Source: Paraspadella gotoi
Lineage: Eukaryota > Animalia > Chaetognatha
DNA: 64,000 nucleotides
Reading direction: 5' to 3'
NCBI GenBank assembly: GCA_051294375.1
Contig: CM119264.1
Location: 25,775,392 to 25,839,391 of the forward strand
This document shows, piece after piece, positions 37,001-50,882 of this stretch (its first letter is position 1; each line of letters starts with the position of its first letter). The position numbers and the translations under genes are program-made. The notes beneath the pieces are model-generated. The model did no database searches. It saw only the letters and a list, made by a program, of their open reading frames with translations, and was not told where the DNA came from.

Positions 37001-40000
37001 ATAAATGCATCCTCCTCTAATTTTTGGTAGAGAGTACTGTTCATGGAGACGTAAACACCTAACGAAAATTTTCGTTATTTAACAATAAATGATTTTATTT
37101 GTGAATTCGGATGCATTGGATCTTCGCGGCCGCCGGAGTTTGGGCTGCCGCCCATGAAGACTTTCCGCCCGAATCCGGAATTTTTTCCAGAGTTTCTCCG
37201 AAATTCTGAAAAAGCCTTGATTTAATGCAGCTCTCTGGGCGAATGAACAGCCCCACCCCTCTCAGAACACGAGCCTCCACAGAGCGTTACGTGAGCTCAT
37301 CACTACACACGAGGTCATTGTTAGCTGGAGTTGTATACAAAATAACGCAGGGAGGGTTAACGAAATGAATCCTTTTTCCTGAACCTACGGTTCTTTCACG
37401 AGTACAGACCATCAAGGACAATCTCCCAGGTAATTTAGTCTGAGTAGAGCACCACCGTCATGGAACAGTAGCAGAAGGGCCGGGGACAAGGCAGTAGCAA
37501 GGCTTAGATATTAGATCAAAGCAATTGAGTGCCCATATATTATTTACTGTTGATTATCATAAGGACTATACCGGATAAAGACCGGCAATCCACGGCGATT
37601 AGTCGACGACGGATTATTCGAAAAATAGGATTAAATAGATAATAGACGATTGGTGCAACCGAGGCAGCAAATGCCCCATCATTGGTCAGAGATTCTCCAA
37701 AGTTGACTACCTCTGACCACTGATTAGGTAGTAGACTAATCATGAAAGGGATCCCTCCCCACCACGCACGATGAACAAATCACGATTTCAATCCCCAGCC
37801 GTGTTTCCGTGAAGGCCTCAGAGTCCTCTCTTCCTGCTGATGTGACTTGGATTTATGTCTTGTGTTTATCTTTGGTCGTGTCTGAGTTTCTGGGCTCAAA
37901 AGGATTCCCTCCGCGACCTTTGAGGTAATATTTTTTTTATTTTGTTGGCTTTCGCTCCCGTCCCAGCGGTAAAGACATCCGATCCGAGAGTACTCGACAA
38001 TCTAAATTTCATTCACTTGTCCTTTTTAATAATCTGTTATCGGAATCTTTTTAGGAATAGTCTTAACACACTAAAGACTTTTTGGGCGGCCCTAGTCTTT
38101 AAAAAGTAATCTTCCATGCTCTATCATTCTCTCACTGTTTCTCTTGATCTCTTGTTAGAGACTAGATCTTCTGACTAAGCATCTTTTGGGGCCTCTTAGT
38201 CTTTTCATATAAAGCACCCTGTTGATTATAACTCTGTAATGTTATTCCTTTGTATTCCTTTTTTATTGCTTTTAGAATAGTTTGAAAAAGAATCAACCTT
38301 TGGGCTTGTGCTTCTTAAAAAAAGGACGTTCTTTTGTGTTATTAATAGTTCTTTCTGATCCTTTTGAAATTAATACGTCTTGAAAAAACCTTTGGGGCAT
38401 TTCAGCTTCCTCTTAAGAATCAGAACTTTTCGATTTGTTCTCTCTTTTTTTCCTTTTCGTTCTTGAGAAGACAAAGAGAGATCGATTTCAATGTAATTTT
38501 ATTCTTTTTTTTTTTTTTTTGTTTCTAGGCAGAGGGTAGGTCTGAAAAGAGACGGCGCCAATATCCTCCGAATCTGAAAGTTTTGCCTTGTCTCTCTGGT
38601 TGCCCTGCTACCATTTTTATAGCATCTTTGGCCCCCTCCCGGGTTCCTTTTCTCCGATGTTCTTTTGAGGCCCTTTTATCTGTTGATTCTCGTGCTCTCG
38701 TTCTCCTCCTTCTTGTTCCTCCTGCTCCTTCGGTCCTCTCCGTTACGCCGTCGCCGCGTCCAGTTTTGGATTGCCTTTTGTTTATCTATTTCCTAGCCTC
38801 TTGGTTGTCCCTTCGGCGTCCCATCGCGTCTTTTTTGTATTCTAACTTCTAGTTGTACGTCCTTTGTATCTACATGAGATGAAGCCGGATTACACTTGTT
38901 GCGGATCGCTAGTTGGCTTCTTTTCGTGTTTCTTGAGGGATCCGTCTGTGATAATTTCCACGGTTTCGACCCAGCTATAGAGACGACGTACTGTGATTCC
39001 GACTCTCTTTCCTATAACTTGTGAGGGCCTGAATATATCTCTAGCCCTTTTTTAACCTCTTATTTCCCGGTTGTCCCCGCCGTGGCCAGGTTCATTATCA
39101 AGATCTCGTCTGGCTAGGAACCAAGATCACCGACCTTGTTCTTACTCCGGTTCTTAAAATGGATTCCCTTTTCTGGCCCGATTGTTCTTTGTAAGAGTTT
39201 TGGTTCTTTGACTGGCCAGTTGCGCTTATCGGGACCTTCTTCTTGTTTGTGATCCGGCCTTTTGTTGTCCTGAGATGAACATCGGATAGGTTTCTCTCTT
39301 TTGTGAAATGTCTGCTGCTTTCTAACTTATTTCGCCTGCCAATACTGAGATTCTCATGTGGCGACAGTAGTCCCTGTCTTTCCAGCCAACTACTAAGGGG
39401 GTCCGCCGATAGTTGGAGAAGCAGCCATTAAGTGTGGGCAGGCTGTTCGAATGCCATCTGCTGTTGATCATCCACAGCTTGAGCAGAGCTTGGCCGAATC
39501 GGGCCCTATGATCCTCTCTGGCCCTAGATTAAACTGCGAGTCATTTTCGCCCTACGAGGACGCGTCCTGCCAACGGTATCTGGTAGATCGAGTGATCCGA
39601 TTTCACGAAAATTGGGCGCTGAACATGCGTCCTCGCCGTTTAGCGGTTTGTGTTGGCACCATCAAAATTCCATCCCTTCCATGTAAGATCCCGTGCGATT
39701 TGGAGGGAAGATTTTTTTTTCGTCTAGGGTCGTTACTACAATTGCTGGCGGCAATCTGAGCCTCCGAACGCATGGGAATCGCTCCCATAGGTATCGGGAG
39801 ATGCGTATAGTCTGACCGACTACTAATAATACCGTAACTAATCCGGGACAACGTGCGGAAGGATGCATGATGTCATGCTTTAAGTGTATCCCCAAGGGCG
39901 GTGATGGCAGAGGGTTTGCGGCTGACCGGCGTCTCAATTATGTTCATTTGTGTGTCTGTTGCTTATTGGGGCTAGGCAGGCTTGATCACCAAGAATTATC

Positions 40001-43000
40001 TGACCAATTTTTCGCTGGCAGCAGCCTGAGTACTACCAGGGGCCGCACAGGAGAATATACTGAGACGGGTGAGAACGTGTTCGATCCCATTCTCTTCGCG
40101 GGCCTGGGGTGTTCCAAAGTCGTTTTCATGAAACACGTTGGGCTAAATGATTCTCCAGTCCCCGCCTGTTTTGGGTGGTAGGACAGCTAAACTTTTTTTG
40201 TAGGCGGTGTCCGTCTCATTAAGGATCCTTTAATGATGAGGATGTCGTTGCGGTGATGTCCACGCAGCAGTCGTCCTAGGCAATTTGACAAGTTACCTTT
40301 CGGTGATCGTTATGAAGTTTTTGCATCATTTTCCCCCTTCGTTAAGTCTTGCCTCGCCCTGTTTACTCGCGGATCGCCCTTCTTCTAAGGCGTGTCGATG
40401 CATAGGTTTGAAAAGATTCGTCCTCACTTTGCCCACTTTCTTCTGTTCGGTGGCAGAGCGGGCGGAACGAGTTCAGAGGCCGTTTTTTCTTTATATTCCC
40501 CTCGTGGTCTCAGTATTTTCCATGGCTACGTCTCTCTTGGCTTCTCCTGTCGGCACTCAGGACGTCGGGCTCGAGGGTGCTATCTAAATCATGAGCTCTT
40601 GATGGGCGCCTGGCTTCCCACCAACCTCTATGGTGTGAGAGGTTTGGGCCAAGTTGGCGTCTGTGGGATTTCCGGTGGCCTACTGCTTTTCCGAGAGGTT
40701 AGATGAAATCATGTGGGAGTTCGTCCAATGTCTCCGGGGTCTGTAGCTGCCCTGAAAAATCCTTCGGCCTTGTCTGCGTCCGGTATTCTCTTGAGTGGAG
40801 TCCAAATTTTTATAATTTTTGGATGGTCCTAGGTTGACCCAAGGATCGAGCGGGGTGGTCCGGTTCTCATCATCGGACTAAGCCTGAACTTCCGCAGTTA
40901 TTGTTCTGAATATTTTAGGTGTCCTTTTTGTATTGCTGGGGGAACCATTACATAATTTCTACTTCTCGTCCCCCTCTCGATCACTTGCAACTCTGCTCTC
41001 TCCTTGGTCGGACATGCTTCCATGCCTATCCATAACTTATTCGGTTATCCATCGCTTCAGTCCTGAGACCATTCCTAAATTCTTCATGGGTGACTCCAGA
41101 TCGCTCCCCAGTCTTTGGCCTGAATATGGTCCTGATAGGTGTTCCAGATCCTTTTGTTCCCTGAGCTTTCGCCATATAATTCTTTCGTATGTTGCCAGGC
41201 CTTGCTTTGTGTAAGATTTTTTGTCTCACGAAACGCTCGACTCTACAGAACATTTTCCCCTCCCTGAGGCTTTGGCATCTTCCGCCCTTACCAACACCAT
41301 CCCTGCTTTTTCGCCTCTCCACTAATGCTAGTGTTTGGGCGAGTCCCGCAATGGAGCTCCAGGTGTTCTGGGTTTGCTCTGGTCGTACTACATAGGGTTT
41401 GTCTTGCAAAACCCCTGCTTCGTCAATTTCGGTCACAAACTCTATCTTCTATCGATCGCCGTATAACCCGCCATCAAAGCCCGGCTGGGAAGCAAAGGGT
41501 GTGTCGAAAGGCGTCACTGCCCCTGATCGTGATCGAGTTAAAAAAATCCGCTGGATTTCTTCACTCCTTTGACCGACGGATAAACCTCTTGATGAGCTGG
41601 CATTCCTGTTTGATCTCTGTTATCCACGACTCAGCACGTTGACTGTTTGTGGGGTAACGAGCTGTCTGTGCTGTCGTGCTGTAGATAGATCGCATCCACC
41701 CCTGAAAATACTCGTGAATCTGTGATTAAGAGTGACGTTTCGTCCGAGGGTGTAACCTTGGAACTTACGAACCATCATATGAAAAGCGAGCGTTTCTAGG
41801 ATATACGTTCGATATGCTTTAATCCTATAATTACCACTGTCTTCTGTCCGGGAAACGCTTTCGGAATGGAATGATAATGGATTATTCCGACACATGAACG
41901 ACTCGGATTCATCTGCCCGGGCGGTAATTTAAGTTGTACCGCCATTCGGCGCTATCGTGCTGTCGAGGCGAGTCAGCATAAATCTCCTATATGACTCCCA
42001 TAGCCTGATCCTTGCCGTCATTAGAAGGCAAGTTTAGTCCTCAGATGATTGACGTTACTCTTCGACACGCGCGCAATGCTGCAAGCCTTCACATTGCCGC
42101 TAGGTTAGCCTTGAAACTGCCTTTTGTCCCAGATAGGGTGAGGGCGTGAAGGCTGGGGGATGTAGGGGAGAGGAAACGATGTGTGAAGCACTGTAGTAGC
42201 TTTAGTGATGCTAGAACATTGCTGCACTGGTTCCTTTTTTTTGCGTTTGAGCGGTCCTTCAGCTTGACCTTCGACGGGCAATCAAAGCTTTTCCTCTGTG
42301 GTAATGTAGCTTGCTTTTGGGAGAGATGCTGAAGCCCCATAGTCGCGGATTTTGATGTCTTCCTTGCGCAATCAACAGGCCACCTTTTTCGGGTCCATTC
42401 TGAGGACTATCTTACTGATTCTCGTCCCTGCATCCTCTTGTAGGGAGATCAACGTAGCCTTTGGAGCCATGTCCTCCTGAGATTTGCTGTCAGATCAGAG
42501 TCATCCACGACCGCCCAATTATACATCCAGAGAAACTTTTTCACGGTCCGGTCCCCAGGTCCTTGGAGAGTTTCGTCCAGAATATGCCTGGAGGAGTTGG
42601 ACGGTGGGGTTTGTATCGAGCCTGTTTACTCCCCGATTCCCATGGGCAGAGACTTGTTCATAACCACCCAGTTTGTGGGGCCACGGGTCAGGCAGGCTCC
42701 CAGCAAAAGGTTGTAACTGGTTTGCATCGGTCTGAAGGAAGATTGGACACACTGGTGGAATCAATCCAAGGATATACCCACTGAACATTGAGGTTCGTAT
42801 GTGTTTTCCCACCTGGTTCCACTTATATACTGTTCCAGTATTTGACGCTAGGTCTGGCGGTGTGTGTCCGCTAATAATGCGGATCAATATTTGTTATGTA
42901 GTGAGAGAGGACTGGTCCATATCGACCTTGAGTATCTCACATAGGATTTATCACTCGCCAGAATATGAGGATTTAGCAATATGGGTTTCGTCGTTCATTT

Positions 43001-43754
43001 CAATTTGGTATCTTGCCTTCGGCTTGTTTTCTCGATATGTTCCTGGTTTTTTTGATGCGATGTAATCAGGTTGTTGCTGCCTTTATTTCTCTCCGCACAC
43101 CTGCCTTTTTTTTTTAAATAAATTAAGCCTCTTGTTCCTTTTCCCTTGAGACGATGTCCAGTCTCATTTCCACAAATTTCCAGATATCTCTGTGTTTGAT
43201 GTGTGCGTGATTATTCCCTTTTCGACAGGGATCCGCTGTACATTGGGGTGAATTTTTGGTTTTAGAGGAGATTCCTACCCATAAGATGTAACCCCAGGTC
43301 CTCCTCTGTACGTTCTTGTATTTTTTAATGCTATTGTGGTTTTAAAACTGTCATAAGATTTTTTTGGAATCCCCGTTTCTTTTAGTCATTTATAATGATC
43401 GGATGTTCTATTCACAAATAACGTATTTTTTTTCTCGACTCGCGGTTTTTTTTCATACTACTCGACTACCCATACCTCTCGAAACGCCTCCCATGACAAA
43501 AGACTTGAGACCTTTTTTTTCCCTGAGGGCATAGGTCGACCGTACCTATAAAATGGCCTCTTAGATCAAAGCTTCTGTTTCCCCGGGTCGTAACGTAGCG
43601 CTTTGTTTTCTTCTTATTTCGAGCTTTCCTACCTAACTAAAGCAAGCATCGTAATATGTCGTCACTTTTAGGCGCTATACTGATGTATATCTGGTTTTAT
43701 CATGGTCTTGTTTGCTTTTGGGATGTCGACCTTTCTGACCCGTTTTCTGAGCGA
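28087..43754 (+). repeat. Copy 2 of the ~15.7 kb duplicated block
   Basis: Same sequence and same frameshifts as 11694-27418. Confidence 0.95.
37038..43754 (-). mobile_element. Gypsy A, duplicate representation
   Basis: Matches 20702-27418 at offset 16336. Confidence 0.85.
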
Positions 43755-46460
43755 NNNNNNNNNNNNNNNNNNNNNNNNNAAAAAAATTGTTGACGGAAAA
43801 ACGTCAAACGCCCTCGGGCGGCGAAGCAACGAAAATGACCAAAACGCGTGGGGTCAGAGCGACACGCGGCAGGGGGCGCGCAATTTATTTCCGTTCAAAA
43901 CGTTTTTATGGATTTAGGGGCGAAAAACCTTTTTTTCTCTTTTTGTGGAAAATAAAAAAAAAAATAAAACGAGAAATAGGGAAACATCGCTTTCGAAATA
44001 AGTGAAAGAAAAACAGTACGTCAGTGACGAGGGAAAAAAGATATTGTTTGGTGCAAAAACAAAAAAACAAAAACGACACACGAAAAAAAAACCCAACCTA
44101 ATTGGTTTTTTAAAGAAAACACACTTTTTTTGTAAAACGAGTTGTCGATTTTCAGAAGAAACAGATATTGAAGAAATTGGTAGCAAAAAAAAACAAACAA
44201 ATAAAGAAAAATAACGAACGAATCTCGTTTAGTTTAAAAGAAAAAGTCTTTCGTTCTGATAAGTAGACTTGTTCCTTTCCCGAGAAAAAAAAATAAATGG
44301 GTAAAAACTAAGAAGAAAAAAAAGGAGACAAAAGAAAAAAAGGGAAAAAACGGAAAAGGAGGAACAAATTTTGTTTCGTCGTAAAGGCGACTCTCGGGGA
44401 TTCCAACCAAAGTAGCAAAACAAAAAAACGAAAACAAAGNNNNNNNNNNNNNNNNNNNNNNNNNNNNNNNNNNNNNNNNNNNNNNNNNNNNNNNNNNNNN
44501 NNNNNNNNNNNNNNNNNNNNNNNNNNNNNNNNNNNNNNNNNNNNNNNNNNNNNNNNNNNNNNNNNNNNNNNNNNNNNNNNNNNNNNNNNNNNNNNNNNNN
44601 NNNNNNNNNNNNNNNNNNNNNNNNNAAAAAAAGGGAGGCGTGTCTGTTGGGACCCTACCGCGCTGCGGAGCGCCACGCAGCGTTACCGCGCAGCACCAAT
44701 AAAGAAAGGTGAGAAGAAATGAATGTCGCGCTGCAGAGACAAAGATGACAACAGACAAACAGAGAAGGTGACGTCCGGTGGGAAGAGGAGAAAGGAGAGA
44801 AGAATAAAAAGGAAAAGAGAAATTATAAAGAAAAACAGGATAAAAGAAAAGAAAGGGCCAGTGATGAACGACTCTCATATTTGAAAAATGAGGGTAAAAA
44901 GGCAATAATATTGAAAAAAAATTGAATTTAACAACCCAAAGTCAAATAGCGTGCGCCGCACAGAATAACAGAATCAACGTTACTAGGTTTTATTGGAATT
45001 TCAACAATTTGAAGACAGCATCACGTAGGAATGAAAGCAGAAAAGTATTACTTCGATTACAGATAGAATAAAAGTATTTTATTGAATGAAACTAGGATAT
45101 ATTTTTGTTTTCTTAAAAAAACGTGAATTGTGATCCCCTTTTAAAAAGTACAGCACCGCTTTCAAAAATGGCGCCACAAGGCGAGAGATGAAAAGACGGC
45201 AGAGGTCAGCACCAAAACGGAACGAAAGAAAAAAAAATATAGAAAACACGCAAAGTCCTATAGTGACAACATTAGTAAACGAAAAAAAAAGATTAATTCA
45301 AAAAACCATAGCAAAGAAGGACAGATCTCTTCAGCCCACGACCAAACTACTAATTAGACTTTGACAGTCGCCTCACGCGCTTGAAATGCCCACGACGACC
45401 GAAGGAACAACAGAAATACAGGAAACTACAACGACAACGACAACAACGACGACAACGCGCCCGCGTAGAAGATTGGATCTTCGTTCTCTTATTCCTCTGA
45501 GAATCAAAGATGCTGCACTCGAATTTCCAGGCTTCAAATCTCCCCCGCCGACTTTGTTTTCGGATGACCCCACTCTGAACATAAATACTATGCTTTACTT
45601 TTATTGCTGACCATTGCAATGCCTCTCAGAGTGAACTGTTTATCGTCACTCGGTGCGATCCTTCCGACTTTCTGTTCAGCACCCATTTTCCTCTCTCGTC
45701 GTCCTTTACTCACCATCTGAAAATGGGGGGGGGGCTGCATCTCCGACTACTCGACGTCAACCACGCCCACAACTTTTTTTCCTCTCTCGCATCCGCCAGT
45801 TGCACCTGCGCCCGGCATCTCCTTAGCCATCTCCAACCCTCTTCTCCCCCGATCTCCTTCTGCGACCGAAAATATCTGATGTCGACCTACTTATCTCGTC
45901 AGCTGCCTTATTTAACCTCTTGGCATTTAATCCTTTCCTCTTTTCCTTCTTCTTTCTTCTTTCTTCTTTCTCTCCGCCTTGTCTTTTGTTTTTTTTCATT
46001 TGCTATCTTCTCCCAGGGAGGAAGAAACAGGGAAAAATATTAGAGGCAATAGTGTCAATAGTATAACATAAAAACTGTATATCTTTTTAAATACTAACAT
46101 GATTTTTATGTTACAAAAAGTTTTTTTTAACTGTTTTTGGTTAACAAATCATTTAGAAATTCATAGAAATACGTAATATTTACCCCTGGCAAATTCTCTG
46201 CATTCCTATCATCTATCTCCCTTACTTTGTCCTACTTATACTTAGATTTGATCATCATTAATTCGCCCGCAACGCTTAACCCCATTAATTCTATTCTTAT
46301 ATTTCATCTCCACACGAAACTTACTTTTGGCTTCTCCGAACTTATTTGACTTCCTTCAAAGACATTCCTCACTTTCCTCGTGACCTCATCCCTTTTAACC
46401 CCAAACGCCCTTCTCGAACACTCCCATCCCCTTAAGGTCCCACTCCCAATTCACTCTCAC

Positions 46461-46618
46461 CTCATTTGCGTCCGGGGTTTCGCCGGCGTCAGCGTTTCCT
46501 TTTTCATCCGGAACGTGATCTCGATCCCGGATGTAACTGGAGTAACGTGTTGCTGCTTCGTTTCCTTAGGGTAAGCGAGAATCGCGGTGTCCCCGTTTGC
46601 GAATTCCCAGAAGATGTC
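46461..46618 (-). CDS. Internal coding exon (2nd seen) of the Ig-superfamily gene
   Basis: cctcctcag| acceptor, AG|gtgaga donor, 158 nt (phase 0 to 2): DIFWEFANGDTAILAYPKETKQQHVTPVTSGIEITFRMKKETLTPAKPRTQM. Joins NPPVSKQ| to give NPPVSKQDIFW, paralleling NPPVPDHNITW. Confidence 0.88.
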
Positions 46619-47185
46619 CTGAGGAGGAGGAGGAGCAGGGGGGAGGGAAAGGAGGAGGAGGAGGAGGAGGAAGAGCAGGAAGTAATTGAAGTACTTCAAT
46701 AAACAAGGATCTGTTAATAGTTAAGAAATAGTTACAAACAATATATAAAAACTCAGCATTCTTTCAATGAGAAATCTTGCCATGACATTGGACACAATGG
46801 ACAGACTATGGTGGGTTAATATGCATCCAGCCCTTTGTTCTCATCTGAGTTTTTTCCTTTGTTTTCTATCTTTTGTTTTTGTTTTTCCGCTTCTGGTTTT
46901 GGTCTCGTCAGATTTTTGTTTTGGATTTTTCCGATCGACCGTTTTTTGTTTTTCCATTTTTTGACAACTTTTGAAATTGCGATTGTTTCAGTTTTTGCCG
47001 TCTGTGTCTTCTTCGTCATCGTGGTCGTCGTCGTCGTCGTCGCTCTCGTCTTCCTCATTTCACGTTTTCTGAAGCCATCATCTTAATCGTCGTCGTTTTG
47101 CCTCAGATAATTTTATTTTAATTTAATTTAATTTAATTTTTCCCTTCTTTTGATTTTCTGAGCTGCGAAACTCGTCAATCGTCGA

Positions 47186-47221
47186 CACGTGATAATATAA
47201 CGTGACGTCAAGTGACGTCAC
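47186..47221. promoter_or_regulatory. E-box plus two CRE palindromes
   Basis: CACGTG at 47186; TGACGTCA at 47203 and 47213. Confidence 0.25.
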
Positions 47222-48437
47222 AAAAGCGAAATCTCGCAAATTGAATTCAATTAAAGATTTTTTTTTTTTCACATTCAGTTGGGGGATTTTTTATTAGGTC
47301 GGTTTGTCGATCCGTCGGAAGTTCGTTTTACGGTCGATTGAATGGAACCCAACTCTAGTTGGTTGTTCTTTCAGTCTTTTGGTTTGTGGCTTAGTCGTTT
47401 TATTTTACAATATTACTAGTATTTAAAAAAAATCCGAATCATTTTTAAAAACTTATCAAGTGATGTTAAAAATTTCTGCTTAAAATTTAATACATAATAG
47501 ATGGTTAGGCTCCCAATAAAAAGCTAAATGAATTTTTTTTTTATTTGGTGGTAAAAAGAAACAACGATGACACAATAATTATATTATATAAAATTTACAA
47601 GAAGAAGCCTATGAAAACTTAATTAAAAATGATTACCTAATAAACATAATATATGGCCATGTTAAGCTGGGTGATTGCAAGACTCAATCTCAGCTGTTCG
47701 ATGACGTCATGGTCGCAACATCAAATCTTTTTCCTTTTAACCCCATCATTATTTTCTGCCACTAACTCTTCAAGAGAAATCGTTTACAACCTCAGACACG
47801 CCGACTCGACCACAAATGGATTGTCTCACTTCCCCGGAGAGAAATTGTTCACTGTTACGGACCACAAGTGCAGCGGCGTCTTTTTCTCTCCACTGAATCC
47901 CGTACCACATTATCTTCTTCTCTTCTCCACTAAATACCACAGTCATCACTTCTCAGTCCCCAGCGTACCCACCACAGCTCCCTTACGCTTCTTTCCACTC
48001 TTCCGCACTCGACACCACACCGGTCGGGATTGAGGTAATCCATCAATAAATCTCCCCCTTTTTTTTCTCCAACGGTTTTATCCTTTAAACGACGTCTCTC
48101 TTTCTTTTTTATTTCTTTCTTTCTTTCTATCGTTATTTCTTTTCATTTCTTCCTTTAGATCTTTCCTTCTTANNNNNNNNNNTGAGAAATATTTTTTTGA
48201 ATGATCTTTACGAAAGTACGAATGTCTAATTTACTAATATTTTACGCGATATTTTCTCGTCTACGTTTGGTGCGAGTGAGAACAAAACGTATCCACGCAT
48301 TTAGGAAAACTTCGTCTAAACGAAAAATTTGAGATCATAACTCAAATCGACTTTTCGGAAACCATTTATCAACCGAATGTAGCGAGTGGGAGAGAAAAGC
48401 GAAACGATCCTTCCTTTGTAGGAGAATGGTTTATGCT

Positions 48438-48471
<34 letters not shown>

Positions 48472-48868
48472 CCTGTCTCTCTCTCACTCTCTCTCTCTGT
48501 CTCTCTCCCTCTCTCTCTCACTTTCTATCTCTCCCTTTCTTATCCTTTCTTTTCTATTTTCCTAAAATTGACATTTGCAGTCAAAGAAAAAGGAAAAAAG
48601 GGAAAGAAGGAACAAAAAACTTAAAGAAAAATGTAAACTCGTAAAGAAAAGAAGAAGAAAAAAATGAAAAATGGATAGAAAAAGAAAAATTCGATTATGG
48701 ATTAAGAGAAATTTATCCGTCGCACGCGCTCGCTCTCAATCAAGTTTCTTGGGTCTCTCGCTCTCAATCTCGTTTTTTTACTCACTCGCTCCCAAGTATT
48801 TAGAGTCTCACGCTCTCATTCTCACTTACTGTGCCTTGTTACTTTAAAAACCCTCTCAAACCAAATGT

Positions 48869-48900
<32 letters not shown>

Positions 48901-50090
48901 NNNNNNNNNNNNNNNNNNNNNNNNNNNNNNNNNNNNNNNNNNNNNNNNNNNNNNNNNNNNNNNNNNNNNNNNNNNNNNNNNNNNNNNNNNNNNNNNNNNN
49001 NNNNNNNNNNNNNNNNNNNNNNNNNNNNNNNNNNNNNNNNNNNNNNNNNNNNNNNNNNNNNNNNNNNNNNNNNNNNNNNNNNNNNNNNNNNNNNNNNNNN
49101 NNNNNNNNNNNNNNNNNNNNNNNNNNNNNNNNNNNNNNNNNNNNNNNNNNNNNNNNNNNNNNNNNNNNNNNNNNNNNNNNNNNNNNNNNNGCACTTGGAT
49201 GTGCCTCTTCTTCTGAAGAATGATAGAAATAAAGCGAGAGAGATAGAGAGAGAATAAAGAGAGAAGAAAGAGAGANNNNNNNNNNNNNNNNNNNNNNNNN
49301 NNNNNNNNNNNNNNNNNNNNNNNNNNNNNNNNNNNNNNNNNNNNNNNNNNNNNNNNNNNNNNNNNNNNNNNNNNNNNNNNNNNNNNNNNNNNNNNNNNNN
49401 NNNNNNNNNNNNNNNNNNNNNNNNNNNNNNNNNNNNNNNNNNNNNNNNNNNNNNNNNNNNNNNNNNNGAGAGAGAGAGAGAGAGAGAGAGAAATAGGAAA
49501 GGGAACCAAATGCCCAAGTGGCATCTGCGGAATGAGGTATGGGATAAGCGTGAAGAGGCCCGAGGTCGTTGAGCCGACCGTGCAGAGCGGGCTGTTTGCG
49601 GAAAAGTTAAAATATATATTATACAACATTTCCTGTATAAGGAGGAATATCACGAGTGCTTTTCAAATCTTCCGTCTGTCGTTCACTTGATGGAAAATTA
49701 AATAGTCAACGTTTACATTTACACATCATGTAAAGAAAGTAAAAATTAGTTTGTATTACTTCTTTTTAAAATTAGTTAAGAAAGACGATGNNNNNNNNNN
49801 NNNNNNNNNNNNNNNNNNNNNNNNNNNNNNNNNNNNNNNNNNNNNNNNNNNNNNNNNNNNNNNNNNNNNNNNNNNNNNNNNNNNNNNNNNNNNNNNNNNN
49901 NNNNNNNNNNNNNNNNNNNNNNNNNNNNNNNNNNNNNNNNNNNNNNNNNNNNNNNNNNNNNNNNNNNNNNNNNNNNNNNNNNNNNNNNNNNNNNNNNNNN
50001 NNNNNNNNNNNNNNNNNNNGTCGCGCGTCTCTCTGCGACTCGGAGATAAATCTCACTTAAAATTCCGTAAAACCTCTTTGCGTCTCTCGA

Positions 50091-50161
<71 letters not shown>

Positions 50162-50808
50162 CTTCAAGAGAGAAGATATTTCTCTGCCCGCAGGACACAA
50201 GGGATGAAAAGGTGGATGTCGCTGGCGTTGTTGTGTTTTCGGTTGTTGAAGTTGTTCCTTTGTCACTGGCACGAGCGGAGATAAGGTATAAGATTCCTCG
50301 AGCTTTTTTGTTTATAGTTTTGATGATGAAAATATTTATTTTTTTTTTAAACCAGACTGAACGACCGACAAAGGAATGCCGAGTATCAAACGATTTGTCA
50401 AACGACAATTTTGAGTCAGCCGATTTTTAAACTCATCGTCTTTCTTAACCGGACGACGAAGTCCTCGAGAAACGTGAAGATAAAGACGAGGAAAAAGCTT
50501 ATCGCGTGGGAATCGGCTTCGTGGCTTCTTAGTGGCTTCTTAGAGGCTGCTTGGCCTCTTTTCCTGACGACTTTTTCTTTTCGCTGCTCGACTGTTGTCG
50601 ACTTTCCCTATTTATTTACAGACATCTTTTCTTTAATTGTAGTATCTCGTGATGTTTTACTTTCAAAAAGCAAAAAGTAGTTGCATCAAAACTCTAAAGA
50701 AAGAAGATACATACATAGTTAACTCAAATATACGTTTGCATGAACCCATAAATTATCATTGTGTTCATGGTGTCAATGCGCCAATGGTTATATAAATAAA
50801 TTTCCAAA

Positions 50809-50882
50809 GGCATCAGAGAGCTAATGGCATCTGAGAGCTAATGGCATCTGAGAGTTAATGGGATCTGAGAGCTAATGGCATC
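50809..50882 (+). repeat. 17-bp minisatellite (GGCATCTGAGAGCTAAT) x4
   Basis: Four near-perfect tandem copies and one more partial copy near 51038. Confidence 0.9.

Larger units (their letters stand above)
43780..48172 (+). other. Third, shorter and locally more accurate version of ~12455-20160 (host intron plus the real exon)
   Basis: Collinear anchors TACTAGGTTT, ACTCGACGTCAACCAC, CGAACTTATTTGACTTCC and AATCCCGTACCACATTATCTTC. Only this version has the intact spliceable exon. Confidence 0.85.

Noticed and set aside
45386-45610. Mucin-like ORF with a furin-like RPRR site (env candidate)
   Set aside because: Produced by an (ACA/ACG)n simple repeat in host intron; no signal peptide or TM segment, and outside the LTR element.
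49505-50290. Small exon-like pieces at 49505-49591 (-) and 50186-50286 (either strand)
   Set aside because: Weak or missing splice sites, ambiguous frame and strand, and not needed for the Ig reading frame.
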